A DNA stretch of 61,643 nucleotides, the filler included, from Bdellovibrionota bacterium (GTDB lineage Bacteria; Bdellovibrionota; Bdellovibrionia; Bdellovibrionales; JAEYZS01), in the NCBI GenBank assembly GCA_963169515.1. It is 3 parts of 3 records of this genome, joined end to end, with 100 filler letters (N's around TTAATTAATTAA, not from the genome) between each part and the next. Parts side by side here need not be neighbours in the genome. Positions count along the whole stretch, not along the records: positions 49,760 to 61,643 come from CAUJEF010000090.1; 2 more parts are not named here. One strand, 5' to 3'. Both the position numbers and the translations under genes were made by a program. A model generated the notes under the pieces. It did not search any database. It worked only from the letters and a program-made list of their open reading frames with translations, and was not told where the DNA came from. Below are positions 59,297 to 61,643 of the stretch, piece after piece; position 1 is the stretch's first letter, and each line of letters starts with the position of its first letter.

Positions 59297-61643
59297 ACCA
59301 AAAAACCCAATCCGGATTGTAACAGCGGCATCGCTGTTTGACGGTCATGATGCCTCGATCAATATTGTTCGACGTATGCTTCAGGATGCGGGATGCGAGG
59401 TTATCCACCTGGGCCACAACCGCTCGGTGATGGACATTGTTACATCGGCTTTACAAGAATCCGCACAGGGAATTTGCGTTAGCTCATACCAGGGCGGCCA
59501 TATGGAATTCTTTAAATACATGAGGGATCTATTGGCTGAGTGCGGTGCAAATTACGTAAAAATTTATGGTGGCGGTGGGGGAACCATCACGCCGAAAGAA
59601 AAGCATGAATTGGAAGACTACGGCATCGCTCAAATCTTTCACCCCGAAGACGGCCGTAAGATGGGCCTTGATGGCATGGTCGAAATGATCGTTAGGGGTT
59701 GTGACTATGACATCTTAAAATATACAGACGAGTTTTTACCCAAAACTGAATTTTTAGGAAAAAATCAGGACCGAGTTATGGGTCTTGCGATCACTTCGCT
59801 GGAAATTAATGGAAAAGTTTCAGGGGAGCTAAAAAGACACAACCGAAATCCGCTTGTCATTGGTGTGACCGGAACGGGCGGGGCAGGCAAATCCAGCGTA
59901 GTTGACGAGTTGGTGCAAAGGTTTTTATTTGCGGCTCCCGAAATCAAGATTGGCATATTTTCTGTGGACCCAACAAAGCGCAAGACGGGCGGGGCGCTGT
60001 TGGGTGATCGCATCCGGATGAATTCCATCATCAATGGGCGTGCATATATGCGTTCGATCGCTTCCCGTGGATCAGGCAAGGAGATTTCAGACGCGCTTCC
60101 AGAAATTTTAAATTTTGGGAAAGGCCAAGCGTTTGATCTGTTAATCGCAGAGACATCGGGAATCGGGCAATCGGGTTCAAATATTACGGACATTGTTGAT
60201 ATGAGCCTATATGTGATGACAAGCGAATTTGGCGCACAATCACAGCTAGAAAAAATAGACATGATTGATTATGCCGATTTTATCGCCATCAACAAAGCCG
60301 ACCGAAAAGGGTCTCAAGATGCGCTTCGGGATGTTCGCAAGCAATACCGGCGATCAAAAAAATTATTTACAGAAGACGATACAAAATTCCCGATCTACTT
60401 GACCCAGGCTTCGCAATTTAATGACGAGGGCTTGAATTATTTATTTTTTGCAATAGCAGATAAGTTATTTGAGAAATCAAAAAATAAAATTTTTCACGTT
60501 GTGGACAAGGATCGTTTTCGTCATACAAACAAACAGCAAATCATACCTGCTGATCGACAAAACTATTTGGCAGAAGTTGCTAAAAAAGTCCAAACCTATA
60601 AGAAAACTGTTATGGAAAAGGCAAGGGTAGCTTCCGAAGCTGGTGCTTTAAAAAAAGCGATGGAGCTTGCCCCAGGTGCTCAAGATTCACTGGAAGCGGT
60701 TTTTAATAAAAAAATTGTCGAACTTGGGAAAGATGAATTGAAATTAATTGAAGAGTGGGAAGGTTTAAAAAAATCTTACAGTGGCGAGGAGTTTACCTAC
60801 CAGGTTCGGGGCAAAGACATTAAACAGCCGTTGGTCAAGACAAGCTTGAGCGGGACAAAAATAAAGCGTGTGACATTCCCAGATTTCAATGACTGGGGGG
60901 ATCGGTATAGATTTCTAAAGCTTGAAAATACCCCAGGGAATTTTCCGTTCACTTCGGGTGTGTATCCATTGAAACGACAAGAGGAAGAACCACGCCGTCA
61001 GTTTGCCGGGGAAGGAACTCCGGATCGTACAAATAGACGGTTTAAATTTTTAACAAAAAACGATGTGTCCAAGCGCTTGTCGGTTGCGTTTGATAGTGTA
61101 ACTTTGTATGGGGAAGACCCTGATCGCAGACCGGATATTTATGGCAAGGTAGGCGAAAGCGGGGTGAGCATATGTACGCTGAACGATATGCGCATTTTGC
61201 TAGATGGCTTTGATTTGTGTGATCCAAGGACAAGTGTCAGCATGACTATTAATGGTCCAGCACCTATCGTGCTCGCCTTTTTTATGAATGCGGCAATTGA
61301 TCAACAGGTCGATAAAAAGGAAAAAGAATTGGGCCGCAAACTTGATCAGAAGGAATGGTCTGATATTAAGTTGAAAACATTGGAAATTGTGCGCGGGACA
61401 GTTCAGGCCGATATTTTAAAAGAGGATCAGGCTCAGAACACGTGTATATTTTCAACGGACTTTGCATTAAAGATGATGGGTGATATTCAAGAGTACTTTG
61501 CAAAAAACTCTGTTCGAAACTTCTATTCAGTCAGTATTTCTGGTTATCATATTGCCGAGGCCGGAGCGAACCCCATTTCGCAGCTGGCGTTTACGCTCGC
61601 AAATGGGTTTACGTATATTGAATATTATTTGTCTCGTGGAATG
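59289..61643 (+). CDS. icmF: Fused isobutyryl-CoA mutase (B12-binding, MeaB-like GTPase, mutase), runs off window
   Basis: Missing from ORF track (no stop). MHKPKNPIRIVTAASLFDGHDASINI...HLGHNRS, GTGGAGKSS, LLGDRIRMN, RQFAGEG, RGTVQADILKEDQAQN. Confidence 0.95.
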   Translation, partial: MHKPKNPIRIVTAASLFDGHDASINIVRRMLQDAGCEVIHLGHNRSVMDIVTSALQESAQGICVSSYQGGHMEFFKYMRDLLAECGANYVKIYGGGGGTITPKEKHELEDYGIAQIFHPEDGRKMGLDGMVEMIVRGCDYDILKYTDEFLPKTEFLGKNQDRVMGLAITSLEINGKVSGELKRHNRNPLVIGVTGTGGAGKSSVVDELVQRFLFAAPEIKIGIFSVDPTKRKTGGALLGDRIRMNSIINGRAYMRSIASRGSGKEISDALPEILNFGKGQAFDLLIAETSGIGQSGSNITDIVDMSLYVMTSEFGAQSQLEKIDMIDYADFIAINKADRKGSQDALRDVRKQYRRSKKLFTEDDTKFPIYLTQASQFNDEGLNYLFFAIADKLFEKSKNKIFHVVDKDRFRHTNKQQIIPADRQNYLAEVAKKVQTYKKTVMEKARVASEAGALKKAMELAPGAQDSLEAVFNKKIVELGKDELKLIEEWEGLKKSYSGEEFTYQVRGKDIKQPLVKTSLSGTKIKRVTFPDFNDWGDRYRFLKLENTPGNFPFTSGVYPLKRQEEEPRRQFAGEGTPDRTNRRFKFLTKNDVSKRLSVAFDSVTLYGEDPDRRPDIYGKVGESGVSICTLNDMRILLDGFDLCDPRTSVSMTINGPAPIVLAFFMNAAIDQQVDKKEKELGRKLDQKEWSDIKLKTLEIVRGTVQADILKEDQAQNTCIFSTDFALKMMGDIQEYFAKNSVRNFYSVSISGYHIAEAGANPISQLAFTLANGFTYIEYYLSRGM

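Noticed and set aside
59765..60262. 165-aa minus-strand ORF
   Set aside because: Antisense shadow of the icmF GTPase domain.

Overview
Bacterial draft-genome window, most likely from a Bdellovibrionota (Bdellovibrio-like predator). The lineage is inferred from the 277-aa flagellin type, many F(Q/N)NC lipoproteins, secreted subtilases and a DUF4360 protein. The window is three separate contigs joined by artificial 100-nt linkers (1-29221, 29322-49659, 49760-61643), so gene order across the linkers is meaningless. Housekeeping genes include flagellin, rnr, an ABC1/UbiB kinase, manC, ddl, valS, gcdH, purD, a sigma54 two-component pair, mpaA, glmU-glmS, metH, yitJ, lnt, mutS2, tRNA-Ala(GGC), plsC, hbd and a truncated icmF. 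They are interspersed with orphan secreted proteins and lipoproteins, three toxin-antitoxin pairs and the 3' end of an Rhs toxin with candidate immunity lipoproteins. The most notable unexplained structures are: (i) a 286-bp non-coding element with perfect 46-bp terminal inverted repeats, a flanking TTAA duplication formed by two convergent stop codons, and GGA-loop (CsrA-type) hairpins; (ii) sigma54 -24/-12 promoters in front of secreted-protein genes, with a recurring TGTCTCA-N3-TGAGA palindrome; (iii) an Xre/RES toxin-antitoxin pair plus a rod-like structured sequence right after glmS; (iv) an unannotated 28-aa membrane peptide behind the flagellin gene, whose leader carries CsrA-type hairpins; (v) an inverted duplication of a lipoprotein promoter and N-terminus. 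All calls come from reading motifs by eye; no database searches were run.
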